A stretch of 64,000 nucleotides of DNA. Origin: Magallana gigas (Eukaryota). Made by a program: the position numbers and the translations under genes. Numbering within the stretch: position 1 is the first letter of the stretch; each line of letters begins with the position of its first letter. The DNA lies in assembly GCF_963853765.1 (NCBI RefSeq), contig NC_088857.1, positions 11,532,001 through 11,596,000 of the forward strand, written 5' to 3'. Below the pieces are notes generated by a model. That model was given only the letters and a program-made list of their open reading frames with translations. It had not been told where the DNA came from and did no database searches. Of this stretch, positions 50,701 to 64,000 are shown piece by piece.

Positions 50701-53700
50701 CTGAAAGAAACAGCAGCGCAATGCTTCTTTAAATCTCCATAGTATACATACATAACAGAATCTCAATCCATTCAGTTAGGCAACTGAATGTCCACATTCA
50801 TCTTAATCTAGCAGCAGGACTGTACCTTCTCTACTCCAGCATCAGAAACTGTGGTTAGTCTCCCAAAATATGCTTACTAACCATGGGCCAACTCATTGAA
50901 ATTCTCGTTTATGACTATATGCATGTGTAAACATAAACTGGATTTGGAAGATTTCCATCACACATGTGTGAGGAACCAATCAAAACAGTGCTTTTCAAGA
51001 GGATGAAAAACTTTTAATGAGTACTAAAGATTCCTTAGTTATTTTACATGATTACTTAATTTCGCAAATCCAAACGTTTTGCATAACACTGCAAAAATAT
51101 AAAATCTCAAAAGCCAAATTTATCATATAGCGCACATCTATCTGAAAAATAAAGGTGAGATTTTGAAATTAGTGAGAGTTGCTTCTCCCAATTTTATGCA
51201 GATATTACCGGTAATTCCATTTAATTAGGAATGTATAGTTTGCCTATGGTCAGTATGTACATATGCAAGACTTGCCATGGATTTCTGATGATGCTCCATA
51301 ATAAAGCTATCCCATTGTCCCCCCCCCCCCCCATCCATTCTGTCCCTATACCTACCATCCCATCTTAAAGTTTCCACTTCCTCCCGGCCACGCTCGGACA
51401 TATTTTGGGTCAGCCAACAGGGATACTGGTTTGAGTCCGGTGGGGTAGTATGCTCCCACTGGACCAACCAACACAAACAGCAGGGCCTCCTTAGGGGCAT
51501 CTACACGTAACACGCCCTGCAGCAACAAAATAAGATACAGCTTTTTATCTTTCAAATACATGTAAAAACCACCATAGAAAACAAAAACTTTATTATTTCA
51601 AATAAAGGTTGTCAAAGATGTACAAGACAAACCTCTGTTCCTATCAGAGTGGGTCTGATGTAGAGGGAAGCCTTATTAGAGTTGGGTACCCAGTCTTTTT
51701 CAATGCTAACCAATTTTTTGATGCACTCGATGAGTTCATTTCCATCAAAAGTCTGAAAGAAAAAAGTAAGTCTACGCTCATTAGTGCAAGCAAAATACTT
51801 TTCAAGAATTTGCTTTATCACATTTCAGAAAAAAAAAAATCATAATGTAGTATTAAATATTTTAAAAAAATTTGCAGACAGTAAAAATAATTCTTGTCAG
51901 ATTTGAACCATTGACTTAACCTTACAGGAAGTGAGGACCGCGTGGCCGAGCTCAACATTCGGGCCATGTTCTCTGTCGGCCGAAATAGATTCACACTTCC
52001 ATCCGTTGTTTTGTAAGCCTTCATTCCTTCAAAAAGCTGTAAATAAACAACAGAAACTCTTCTTCACAACGTAGCATACATTAGGCCAAAATAAAATTAT
52101 TGTTGGTTGGAATTGCCTCACACCTCATTAAATACCCCCAGCTGATCAAATTTTATTAGCCAAAAAAAAATTAACTTTTTTCATATGGAATTTTTTTTTT
52201 ACCTATTTTGAATTAGTTAAACTTAAAGTTTGAAAAAATCCCTCCCTCCCTCCTGGATCGAAAAAGTCCTCCAGGCAGCAATTCCAAACAAATATTATTT
52301 TAAGGATTGCCTTACAGTAAAAGAATAATAAAGAGAAAGTAAAGAAATTAAGGACAAAGAATGTGATGTTATGTGTAGTAAAAGGTTGGGTATATGATAA
52401 TTTTCAGCATAAAAACATTTTTATCACTTTGTTATAAAAGAAAACTTATCACCATCTGAATTAAAGATCTTCAGTTGCAAGCTTGGGTTGAAGAAGTGAA
52501 TAAAATAGAATAATCAATTTCTGAATAAAACTCGAGCTTTTCGTTTTTTAAGTACCAGTAAAGTTTGAGAGAAGTCTGTTTCACTTCATATATTGCTATT
52601 CAAAAAATAATTCCAGTATAAAACCAAGACTAGGGCAAGATGCCAAACAAATTTCTCTGTCATATTCCAACCATGTCTATGTAGATGTGCTAATAAAGCT
52701 TTAATAAAGTATTTCTTTTCAACCCAAGCAAATGATGCATATTATTTACCATTTTATCGTTAATAAACTACCGTAGTTGCTTTTTGACATGGGTGGGTGA
52801 AGACTGGTAATAAAACAAGTGCTTCCCTTAAAAAGAAGAATTCTAAGAAAAAGAGAAAGTATTTACCTCCGTGGCATAGTGGAAACATTTGGCACCTGGA
52901 TGGAGGTTGAGGTTGTGTACTGGGGATATCTGGGGCTTCCCCCAGCCACTGCTGGCTGACCAGCTGACCTCCATCATGTGGTCACTGAAGCAATGACCAA
53001 ACGCCACGCTGTCCGGATCATCCGGCTTCGGCTTTGGGGAGGTAGTCAGCTGTATTTGTAGATCTGAAAACTGGTAAACATAGTAGACGTTCAAAGCAAA
53101 GTCTGAGAAACCAGAGTGGGAAAAACCAATTGGAGCGGTTCTACTAAAAGCATCACTACAGTGTCATTTTTCTTTAGAAAAACAAGACTAATAATTATAA
53201 TAATATTCCAAAGATTTCCCCTAAGTTTTTAGACAAACAGTTCCCAATTAGATTGAGAAGAAAAAGATGATTTGTATAAATGAAACATTGTACAAGTGAT
53301 CTAAAGTTTACTCTTCCCCTAAAATCAAAAGTAGAGTCAAAAGGAAAAATATGACATGACACACACTTTTACCATCCTATCCCATATGTCTCACAATAAC
53401 TAAAATTTAAAAAGAAACTAGAGAAAGTAGCACTTCGAATTACAATGTGAAACAGTTAAGACATAAATTAATAGTTTTAATAATAGAATAAATGTTGACA
53501 TGAAGTAGAACCATTCTGATAGGGCCTTGGACTTTCAGTAGGACTTAACTATCTATTTCTGGCTTTAAAAAACAAGTTAAAATGACATCGATTGAGTAGT
53601 ATTATCACAAAAGCCAGACAAATCTTGTTGATTTCAAAGAGCCATGGTTGAGTGGCCTACAACGAAATAGACAGGCCTAGGTTACATTGCCTTTGAGACA

Positions 53701-53914
53701 ACTACCCAAAGTCCAAGCTCTTGTTAAAATGGTTTCAGGTTCTAAAACTTGGTATCTATACTATTCCCAGATGGTAGGAAAAATTGGCTGAACAAAGAAG
53801 ATAACTACAGACTTCAGAAATGGGTATCCTTACCTTGAATGTGCTGGAGGAGGCATATCTATACTGGCTCAATATGTGACATCGCTTCAGGGGCTGAATG
53901 TTCTTTAGCAAGTT
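47800..53914 (-). CDS. BCAT2: Branched-chain amino acid aminotransferase, mitochondrial type; first coding exon not located
   Basis: Exons 53834-53914, 52867-53070, 51926-52036, 51633-51752, 51356-51516, 50558-50700, 50141-50226, 49856-49924, 49508-49654 and 47800-47841 total 1164 nt in frame. Motifs [19 protein letters not shown]-lysine [39 protein letters not shown]. Transit-peptide-like RYASSSTFK exon. Confidence 0.95.
47915..49533 (-). repeat. Tandem array of 34-bp units (~47 copies) spanning the BCAT penultimate exon end and donor
   Basis: Minus-strand unit TGTACAACACACTGCTAGACATACAG|GTAACTAG versus the true exon end TGTACAATGCACTGCTAGACATACAG|GTAAATAG: 26 nt of exon plus 8 nt of intron. 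The array fills almost the whole last intron. Confidence 0.97.
52084..52311. mobile_element. Degenerate PIF/Harbinger-type MITE with TTA TSD
   Basis: TTA at 52081-52083 and 52312-52314. Imperfect TIRs begin GGC and share TTGGAATTGC / GCAATTCCAA. Confidence 0.55.
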
Positions 53915-54731
53915 CTGTGAAAACATCATGACAACATGCAGTAGAAACACTCAAGACACAGACGATTCAACAAATCTTAAATACTGGTAATACCGTAATA
54001 CTAGATGCAACTGGTTTTTAAATGCATGGAAATTCTAGAGCAAATACATGTATTTAATTAAAGCACAGGTATACCAGGGGGGTTTTTCTGCCGCATATAA
54101 ATGATACAAGGCTTGATCAAAAAGTAATGCCACACATTGCATCTTGCTACTCATTAGAGCTGTAAGGTGAATATTTTAAAGTACAAACTTCTGTCATGAT
54201 TGTACATGATTTTATCGAATTTGTGGCATTACTAAAGTCTTTTGGATCAACCCTCCTACCATACTTGGTGATTGATGAGCAGTTTTAAATTTGTTTCTCA
54301 AGCCAAGAGTCAGAATAAATCCATCATCAATCTCTCCACAAATTTATTCTTATTTCACAAATGGAAATGATTTAGTTAATTAGGATATAAATCTGAATTA
54401 TTTCAATTAGTATCATTCTACATGGCCTCATTTTACATGCAAATAATATGATATTTTTTTTCATTTGATGAATGCTTAATTAATAAGTTTTTAGTATGCT
54501 CTCATTGCTCTGAAAATTTTGACAAAAAGAACCTTCACAGGTAACCTGGGCAATTTAAAAATATTACTTTTTGGATACACTTTCGTAAAGTAATACATTA
54601 CATGTTTGTATATTTATATCTCATATCTATTATTTCCATCTATTCATTAGACAAGAAAAGGGACGTGAAATGCTCAACATTCAACAATTTAATACAACTA
54701 TAGCACTATTGAAAATAAACGTAATTTACAC

Positions 54732-56445
54732 AAAACAAGAGGCCCAGGGGCCACATCGCTCACCTGAGCAACAATTGCCTTAATTCTGATCAAATTAGCA
54801 TTACAGTATCAAAATATCTTGACAACTGAGTACAGTAGATCTTGCTAAAAAAAATTTGAAAATCTGCCAATTTTTATCCACCTCTTATTTTTTGGTAAAT
54901 ACCAAGTTGTACCTCTAAGATTTTTCTCTATTCCTATATACCCCCCCCCCCCATTTCTTGGCCCCACTATTCTCTAGGGAATCATGGTTTCACCAAACTT
55001 AAATCTACCTTTACTCTCATAACCTGTGCTTTCACACTAAGTACTGAGTTTTGGACCAAAAACTTTCCCAGAATATTTTTAAAGATTTTTTCTATATATT
55101 CCTATGTAAAAATTCAAACCGCCATCACGGTCGCGCCCTACCACTAGTGATTTTGCAAACTTGAATTTACACTACCCGAGGATGCCTCTACACAAGTTTA
55201 AGCTTTTCTGGCCAAATAGTCTTTAAAAAGAAGATTTTGAAATATTTTCTCTATATATTCCTAAGTAAAATTTCATCCCCCATTGTGGCCTCACCCTACC
55301 CCTGGACTATTATTTAAACAAACTTGAATCTATATGATCTGGGAATGCCTCCACTCAAATTTGGGCTTTCCTGGCCTAATACTTTTGAGACTTTTAAAAA
55401 TTTTCTCTATATATAAAAAGGTATCCCCCATTGTGGCCCCGCCCTACCCCCAGGGACCATGATTTGAACAAACTTGAATCTACATTATCTGAGGATGGTT
55501 ACAAATTTGAGATTTCTTGGCCAAATAGTTATTAAAAGAATTTTTTTTTTAAAGATTTCTCTATATACTCTTATGTAAAAATTGATCCCCGAATTGTGGC
55601 CCCACCCTACCCCCGGGGACTATGATTTGAAGAAATGTGAATCTACACTACCTGAAGATGCTTCCATTTTAATTTGAGCTTATCTGGCCTAATAGATTTT
55701 GAGAATAAGATTTTTAAAGATTTTCTCTAGTATATATATTCCTATGTAAAAATTGATCCCCCAATTGTGGCCCCATCCTACCCCCGGGGACCATGATTTG
55801 AACAAACTTAAATCTACATTTCCTGAGCATGCTTCCAATTTAATTTGAGCTTTTCTGGCCTAATAGTTTTTGAGAGGAGGATTCTTAAAGATTTTCTCTA
55901 TATATTCCTATGTAAAACTTGAACCCCCAATTGTGGCCCCACCCTACCCCCGGGGACCATGATTTGAACAATTTTTAATCTACACTACCTGAGGATGCTT
56001 CCATTTAAATTTGACCTTTTTTGGCCAAATAGTTTTTGAGAAGAAGATTTTAAAAGATTTTCTCAATATATTCCTATATACAACTTGATCCCCCAATTGT
56101 GGCCCCACCCTACCCCCGGGAACCATGATTTGAACAAACTTGAATCTACCTTACCTGAGGATGCTCCCATTTTAATTTGAGCTTTTCTGGCCTGATAGTT
56201 TTTGAGAAGAAGATTTTTAAATATTTTCTCTATATATTCCTATGTAAAACTTGATCCCCCTCTTGTGGCCCCTCCCTACCCCCGGGGACCATGATTTGAA
56301 CAAACGTGAATCTACACTACCTGAGGATGCCTCCACACAAGTTTAAGCTTTTCTGGCCTGATAGTTTTTGAGAAGAAGATTTTTGAAAAATACAAACAAA
56401 TTTTTAATAATTCTCAATTATCTCCCCTTTAAAAAGGGCGTGGCA

Positions 56446-56477
<32 letters not shown>

Positions 56478-56587
56478 TAGTGGTGCTTTGTGCCAAATTT
56501 GGTTGAAATCTGTCCAGTGGTTCTTGAGAAGAAGATGAAAATGTGAAAAGTTAACAACGACAACGACGACAACGACAGACAACGGAC

Positions 56588-56619
<32 letters not shown>

Positions 56620-56640
56620 TGGCTCAGGTGAGCTAAAAAA
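54732..56640. mobile_element. Non-autonomous Helentron-like (HINE-type) element with a Cg170-like satellite core
   Basis: Left box AACAAGAGGCCCAGGGGCCACATCGCTCACCTGAGC. The right end has an (ACAACG)n microsatellite and a hairpin AGCTCACTTGAGCC-TTT-GGCTCAGGTGAGCT. Subterminal inverted repeat GCTCACCTGAGC / GCTCAGGTGAGC; inserted in an A-run with no TSD. This layout is known for oyster Helentron/HINE elements. Confidence 0.8.
55060..56400. repeat. ~166-bp tandem satellite (Cg170/HindIII-like), ~8 copies
   Basis: TTGTGGCC(C) recurs at about 55283, 55432, 55594, 55765, 55931, 56097 and 56264, with spacing converging on 166-167 bp. AAGCTT sites occur in some units. Matches my recollection of the oyster Cg170 monomer; not database-checked. 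Confidence 0.8.
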
Positions 56641-56688
56641 GCTATGTATATATAAAATTAAATACTTTGAACATTTAATAAGTTAATT

Positions 56689-57256
56689 TAGGGATGTCAA
56701 ATCGGTCAATTTTTAGTACTCGATTACTCGGACGATTTTCCAATAGAGTACCCGGGTACTCGGTAAAAGTGTAAATAAATATGAAGAAGTATATTGGTAA
56801 CTGTAAAAATATTACCAGACTTTTGAAGTCGGTGGCGGCATTTTAGGTCTGTTCAATTTTTCTACTGTGTGCCATCTAATTTATATAATAGACTATATAA
56901 ACAATGTTAAGTGAAAACAAATCATTAAAGTAAGCCAAAAATAAGGGTAGAAGACAGCCAAAGGTGAGAAAAGCTAGGTAACAGGTGCTTGGTCACGATA
57001 ATTACTACATGTATATAAACACTGCCACAGGCGATAACGGTCATTTAGCATATTTAGAGGCGTAGGAAATCCTAATTACTGTATGTACAAGTGCAATGGA
57101 CATTTTAAGTTTTAAAACCAATGTTTTAATGCATTATTAAATAAACTTAGAAATATCAAAAAATATACATCCGAGTAACCGAGTACCGATTTTAGTATTC
57201 GATACTCGAACGTTCGATCGAGTACCCGGTTAACCGGGTACTCGTTGACATCCCTA
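56689..57256. mobile_element. hAT-like non-autonomous element, 568 bp
   Basis: Perfect 12-bp TIRs TAGGGATGTCAA / TTGACATCCCTA with the direct repeat GTTAATT on both sides. Subterminal TACTCG/CGAGTA motif clusters. Confidence 0.82.
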
Positions 57257-57397
57257 GTTAATTTTATATTTAACTGATTGCTTGTATTAGTACATGTAGT
57301 TCACAACCAAGAGATCTGGATACATGTATATGGCATTATTGCAAAGCCAAACTGAAAAGCAGCTTAAGCGTTATACAATGTATCTACATATACAGTA

Positions 57398-57609
57398 CTG
57401 TAAACGTATTGTATTTGGCAATTAGATATTTTGCAGAAATGACTTTTTGAACAAGTTGGCGTGGATTATAATTAGCGTATTCCTGAATGTGACTACCGGT
57501 ATTTTTATGCATTTATGCATGGCATTCAGCGATGTACTTGAATTAGCGGAACCTGCATTCTGCCAAAAGCGCTAAATAGAATACACAGACAAATGTAGTA
57601 CGTTTACAG
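57398..57609. mobile_element. Tc1/mariner-type MITE (TA-flanked)
   Basis: TIRs CTGTAAACGTA / TACGTTTACAG with TA flanks. Confidence 0.7.
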
Positions 57610-59078
57610 TATTTTATGGTTGTCAAATTTACCACATCAAGAAAATCAGATGATCATCAAAATATACTAAACCTTGATCCAATTTATTGAACAATAATTG
57701 ACAACACAAAATGAATCTTTTACACTACAAGTCTTCGATAGAATGTTCTATCGTTAAAATGACAGATGTCCTACGGACCCGGTTTAACCTGTGATCTGAG
57801 CATAGCCTGGTCATGGTAAAATCATTCTTTCCATACAAATCTATACTCCTTTAAGAATAACTCATATGGTACATATCATTTTGAAATATTAAAGGAATGT
57901 TGTCATAATTTCCCCATCAATATGATGCAGAGTACAGGTATAAATCTACAAAAATATTTACACACTGCTGATAAGAAAGACATGTGAGTGAACTTTTATG
58001 TAAACATCAAACACACCTCCACGAAATAGACCAATCAGTGGTGAGATAGCGGCACACCTCCAAAAATGGGGTCAGTTAGCAAATGCGACTTTTCTTTATC
58101 ATGTTTATAACACTATGTGATAATAAAAGAATTCACTGCTACACAGATAAATAATGCGCAAATCTCTTACTAATCTTAAGAATGTACAAAACAAAAATAA
58201 AAAAAGAAAACAAAACAATTATTTGCTTGTTAAAATCTTTTAGTAAAACTCTGATATCAGAACAAAGGAAAAAGGACAGCTGAATATTATGAAATAGAAA
58301 TAAAAAATAAAAGTAAATAATAAAAAGTTTCATCTAAAACACAGACCAATGCAATTTATTTGAGTGTGTATACAAGTCTGTCTTCCTGATTCATGAATTT
58401 AAATAAATTAACACCATTAAAAGTACATCCTGTTTGTCTGCATTGTTCGATCATTGTACCATGATTACTAAAGATTATGAGGCAATTGCTTGTTTTGATT
58501 CAATGATATATACTGTGTATACATAACTTTTTTTCACTGATATCAACTGTTCATGACAAATCAGAAGCTTGTGGGATTTTTATTCAACATTTATTTACAA
58601 AAAACTATCGAAACATTGACCACTTCGCAGGAAGAATATTGCCGTATTATTTTTTTATCCCCTCAAAGAAAAAAATGTCAATACCAAAAATTACAAAATC
58701 AAGAATGTTTCCTTCATTATCAATTCATGACAACGTGATATTTCCTACTGAAAAACCTGCATCGACCTTGAAAAACAATAAAGCAGTGTATTCAAAGACG
58801 AAGGATTGTGCTGTGTTTAGCAATATTTCTCAATTAAAATCACTTAGTTGAGTATCCAAATACATACACTGTTTACATATAAATCTCACCTTACTTATCT
58901 AATTCATTTTTAAGGGAAAATAATGCCAATAAAATACGTAAATGGGTTACATAAATGTTTACGTTCTTACCATGCAGCTGACCGCCATCTTGTATTATGA
59001 GTGCACTCGTATGTTGGAGGCATTTTTATACGGAAATCACCCGCGAAATTTAAAATATAGAAATGCGTCCAGGGAGGC

Positions 59079-59080
<2 letters not shown>

Positions 59081-59157
<77 letters not shown>
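59081..59157. repeat. (CT)n microsatellite
   Basis: About 38 CT units. A second (GA)n run lies at 59454-59487. Confidence 0.97.
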
Positions 59158-59161
<4 letters not shown>

Positions 59162-59449
59162 TATTGGCACTTAGATTGCGAAAATACCCCCTCTATAAAA
59201 AAGAATAAGCTACGTGTGCAAATTAAATACTTAAAATACTGTAAGTAGAGGAGAATTATCAAAAACTGAAAATGTTTGGTTGAAAGTCAAGTGTTTGTAT
59301 GGTAACCTGATACACATACTTAAACAGTTGAATAGGTTGGTACTACATGTAAGAGATTTTTCTCTATAATAAATGAGAGTCCTCACCTTTATGACAGACC
59401 TGCACGGCAGAACGTAAGAAGTCCTTGTATGCATAAGTGAACGAATGTC

Positions 59450-59488
<39 letters not shown>

Positions 59489-62400
59489 ATGAAAAATATA
59501 TTTATTTATTAATACAAATGCTTCAAACTTGATAAGTTGTGTTGTGAACAATACGATTAAGTTATTTTTAATATTTAATATACCAGTAATTCGGTTTATA
59601 ATTGTACATGTACATATGTTGTGTAATCTCATTTGGGAAGTTATTTGAATTATTTAAAAATTTAAAAAACCTTAAAGAAAAAGTCTAAGACAAGCTCTTT
59701 CATTATGATCAGAGTACATTTGTAAATGCATTAACCTGTTTCTGAAATTTAGTAAAAAAAAAAAATAGTGAACTTTTATTATGTTTATAACAGAAACCAA
59801 GTGCCTTTAGTTGATAGTTTAATGTGCATGGAAACTTGGAAGAGTTTACTTAATTGGTTCAAAAGTAAAAGTCAAATATTAATTTTATTTACAGACAGAG
59901 GAATATAAAATATGCCACCAATTTTTAATCTCCATTAGCATGACAGTGATGTAAGATAAGGTGTAGACTTATTGATCTACACTGTGTACCTATGAACAGA
60001 ATCTGCTGAATTTATTTAATGCAACCAGCTTTGAAAAGAAACTAAGGTAGAAAAAAGAATAGTGTATGTAATATCAGCTTTCATTCTGAGAAAATAGTAT
60101 TGATGAAATTAAACACAAATAAGCTGTGAAAGGAATTCCAAGAAATGAGAGTGTCAAGAATTATTCAACTTTTTTTTTTTTTGCCTAGTATTCTAAATAG
60201 ACTTGGATTTGGAGTTATCTCTCTTATCATGTAATCTGCGATATTGCTGAGGTTTCTAAAGATCTTAAAAACAACAAGGTTTTCTTCTACACTTATAGCC
60301 CATATGAATCACCACAGAAAGCATTATATTGTTTAATATATCATAGGTATTTACATCCCTCTCCCTGCATCTCTCTTCAAATATCCTTAATATAAAGTGA
60401 GTAAAATTACATAAATTATTGTTATTGTCCGACGATACATTGCAAAGATGGAACAGCCAATATTTTCATCCATGAATTGTCTACTAGCTACAATTATTTG
60501 GAAGTCTAGTGTTTGTTTGTGCAGTCCATGCTCTCAATGTAGCCATGCTTTCTTCAATCACGGAAAAATCAAGACAAAGTCAACCCAAAAAACACCATTA
60601 ATTTGTTTACACATTATTTATTATAATATGAATTTGAATAAACATGGCAACTGACTTACCAAACTGAACACTGCCTCATAATGCTGTTGAAGGCTTTTTT
60701 TTGTTAACATTGAAGGAATGTGTATGCTCATAGGTGAACAGTTTAAATATTCAAATTTAATCATGAATCTTTTACAAATTTAATAATTTAATTTGGTGTC
60801 GTCAGATTTCTTAAGAAATTAAGGAAACAAATACTGAGTGAAATGAATATTCTCTTATACAGTAAAAAATCAGTTACATAGTGAAGTTCTAGGGTCCAGT
60901 AGATTTAATTCGCTATATTCGAAATACATTGTATCTTTTTTTAAAAGATTACGGCATTATAATAAGTGAATTGAATTTGAAATTCAATGATTTCTTGTAC
61001 ATGCATGGCTACCCTAAGTGCTCAGTGGGGCACTAGATAAAAGACTATTCTTTTAGAAACCAAAATTATCACATTGGATAATATGGGGAAATAATTCTTT
61101 CAATCAACAAAGTTAACATTAAAACATTTAACACTATGAAGAGTTCATTATGTAATCATAAATTATGTAAGTTTTGTTAATCTATTTTTTCCTCTACAAT
61201 CCAAAAATTAATATTTCATCCGAGTTTGTTATAACTGTAAAATTTTGTCCTGATTTGTACAAAGTTTTGTTCAGGGCGTAAAGAAAACTTTGCTATATTC
61301 ATGATTTCACTGTATAATTATTTGTGTTCTTAATGAACAACCTTTACTGTATATTTAAAGTCTATGAGGACAATTTCTGCATTCATTCAGTCAGTAGCAA
61401 CCATTTTCATCATCTGTCCTCAATAAATTGAATAGTTAAGCCAAGAAATATTTAAACTTTCACATCAAACAAAACAATAAAAGTGAAGTTCAGTTAATAA
61501 TCAGTTTTATTTCATTAATCTGAAGTCACAAATAATCAGAATTATCAAATCTATAACTTATCTACCATGGCTAAATATTGGACGAATTCATCGCATCAGT
61601 TGTATGTTAATTTGTAACAAAGAAAATAATTGGTCAGTACAGATGTTCTAGGTTGGGACCACAAAGGTGGTCGTACAATTGTTAATGTAGCCTTTTTAAA
61701 GGCAGTCATCTACTATATGGTAAGAATATTTCGAGTACATGTACCGTAGTTTATAAAGATTTTACCCACAAATATCATTTTTATAACAAAAAAAAAAATG
61801 CATAGGGCCAAACTAACAAAGGCCAAGTCTGGTAACATTTTCATTTTTATAACAAATATCGTCCTGATATTGGACAAAAAAAAAGAAAGAAAATTAAGAA
61901 ACAACTAAAATATATCTGACAAAAAATTTCCACCAGTGTGACAGAAGAATAATTCCACTGCTTTTATCACTATGACTAGCATATTTCAGACAAGCACTTT
62001 CAGGGGGTACCCCTCACAACATCACAATGAATATCTATATTTAATGATGTCTCCCTCATTAACATTCACAAAATTCAGCTGGGGGAAAAAAAATCGACCT
62101 TGTTATGATTTCATGAGCATTGACCCATTTATCATCAATTAACTCTGATTCTTGTTCCCATACTTTTTCTCCCCTTTTTTCACCAGAGAACAAAGAAAAC
62201 TTCTAAGAAGAAACTGAACACTACTGGGGCTACATGTACAGAATTCCTCGATTTATACATATATAATGACTTGGGTATACTGTCAGCTTTCATTGGAAGA
62301 CTACTCATGTCATGTGACCTCTAGAGACATGTCATGTGACCAGGGTAAATTTTCTTGCGAAAAAAAAACCGACTAAAAAAAAAGAACGGTAACAGAATCT

Positions 62401-64000
62401 ACAACAAAAACATAAACATTGGCACGGAACATTATTGTTGGTCAGATATCATGAGTACACGTACACCTAAGCATATCCCACGAAATACAAAAATCATTTT
62501 GCTATTGAATGCCAATACAGTGTTCATTTCAAAAGGATAATTGTCGGTTTTCATAAATAACAAATAAAAAAAAGAGACCCAGATTTCATCATAAAAAAAA
62601 TGGTATAAGCAGTGTATTACTTTATTATGGCATAAAATGAGCAAATGAATATATAAATAAAGGGCTTTAAAATGTGTTCTGTCTGTCACAATAAAAGTTG
62701 TTTATCATTAACAGAAAAATTACATCAAAAGTACACAATACTAAATAAGGGATCGACTTCAGGCCTAAAAAGTACATTAGGAAGTTTAAAAGGCATAGAG
62801 GGGTCCAGCAGAAGTCAATCAATTAAAGCGACTTCTTTATTATCCAAAGACCCAACATCTTCAAGACATCTTAATAGCCAATTTTATTAACAATAGGTTG
62901 GGTTGACAGGGGCATATTTTTGAAGCTTTGTGAAGAAATCTGTAGGATTAATATTATCCCTTCCATTATCCTAACCAAGGATTTTATGCTTAATAAATCA
63001 CTGTTAATGTGTGTTTAACCTTAGATATCAACAATATTCCTGTAATGTATTTGTGAAAGCTTTGAAAACGGAAGCCCATACAAAATGGCATATAAAAACC
63101 TACTATTACTTGCGTCTTTCTGACGTGGATCAGATTTGCATGTCCTTTTATGCCACCAAAAAGACGTGCAAACAATTCATTGACACTGGAATATGGTAAG
63201 ATTTATAATGAAGCCAACTTAACCTTCAAATGTCTGTATTATAAATGTCCAGCTTTTTAATTTCAATTTTGTAAAATGCATGCACAAGTTTTTTAAATTG
63301 CTTTTTGAATTCTGTTTTTGTGATAAAGGTACAAAAGATGATTAAAAAAAATCAAATTAAAAAAATAAACTAGGTCCTAAAACAAGTTTTATTATAGACA
63401 GGGGTATGACAAGATGCAGGAAAAAAACAATTTTTAATGAACAATAGATAAAATACGTCTCGACAAATGGAAAAATGCGCACTTTCTCAAGGAAACATGA
63501 GTAAAATGACAAAAGGAATTCTATTTTTGTGTCTATAACACTCCCAGCAAGGGGAAAAATTAACACAATAAAACCTGGATGACAATAGTTGGACCCTGTG
63601 TGGTTATATGCTCGTAACAGGCAGTGCATGAACAAATGGATTTGGTCCTAACGTCGAACTTCCTTGACTATATTTCTGATGTATAATCGTATATAACACA
63701 TGAATAATAGAATAATAATAAAATTTATCTAACATTAATAATAATAATCAATAACATAATAGTATACAAAAAAAATTGTCCCAACTGCGGACGTCGTCAT
63801 AGCAACCATATCCTATACATGAAATAAGCACATTCTTTTACATTTGCGTAATAAGCTGTTTTTGCTCTATTTTACAAGACAGCACTAAATTCACAACAGA
63901 GATATGTGGTTACAGTCCTCTAGCATTCATTGGTAACTCCCTGTAGTGTTCTCTACAAACCTGTCGTACATATATACATATATATTTACATGCAAATAAC

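Noticed and set aside
60655-63810. Candidates for the BCAT first exon (minus-strand donor near 60660; ATG-containing stretch near 63790-63810)
   Set aside because: The phase or donor quality does not fit convincingly; transcript data are needed.
1-64000. tRNA, rRNA or other structured ncRNA genes
   Set aside because: None recognisable by eye; a tRNAscan-SE/Infernal run would be needed to exclude snoRNAs.

Overview
AT-rich, intron-rich animal genomic DNA. It is most likely Pacific oyster or a close Crassostrea/Magallana relative, inferred from a ~166-bp Cg170-type satellite. There is a 200-N scaffold gap at 30694-30893. Host genes built by hand from GT-AG exons with consistent phases: a secreted PHB/PHA-depolymerase-like esterase (+, 2938-6931), STRAD pseudokinase (-, 7313-12285, 5' end uncertain), ADRM1/Rpn13 (-, 17503-21510), the last two exons of a GPR157-like GPCR (-, 28751-29907), a CEPT1/CHPT1 phosphotransferase (+, 34432-41425) and a mitochondrial-type BCAT (-, 47800-53914, first exon not found). 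Two main results. (1) A complete 5379-bp PIF/Harbinger transposon (21531-26909) has 17-bp perfect TIRs and a TAG target duplication. It sits 20 bp upstream of the ADRM1 ATG and carries an F-box/LRR reading frame as well as the usual transposase and Myb/SANT genes; the F-box frame could be an alternative last exon of the Myb gene. (2) Five separate tandem arrays in three housekeeping genes have units made of an exon edge plus its splice site. Many MITEs and a Helentron-like element with a satellite core fill the introns.
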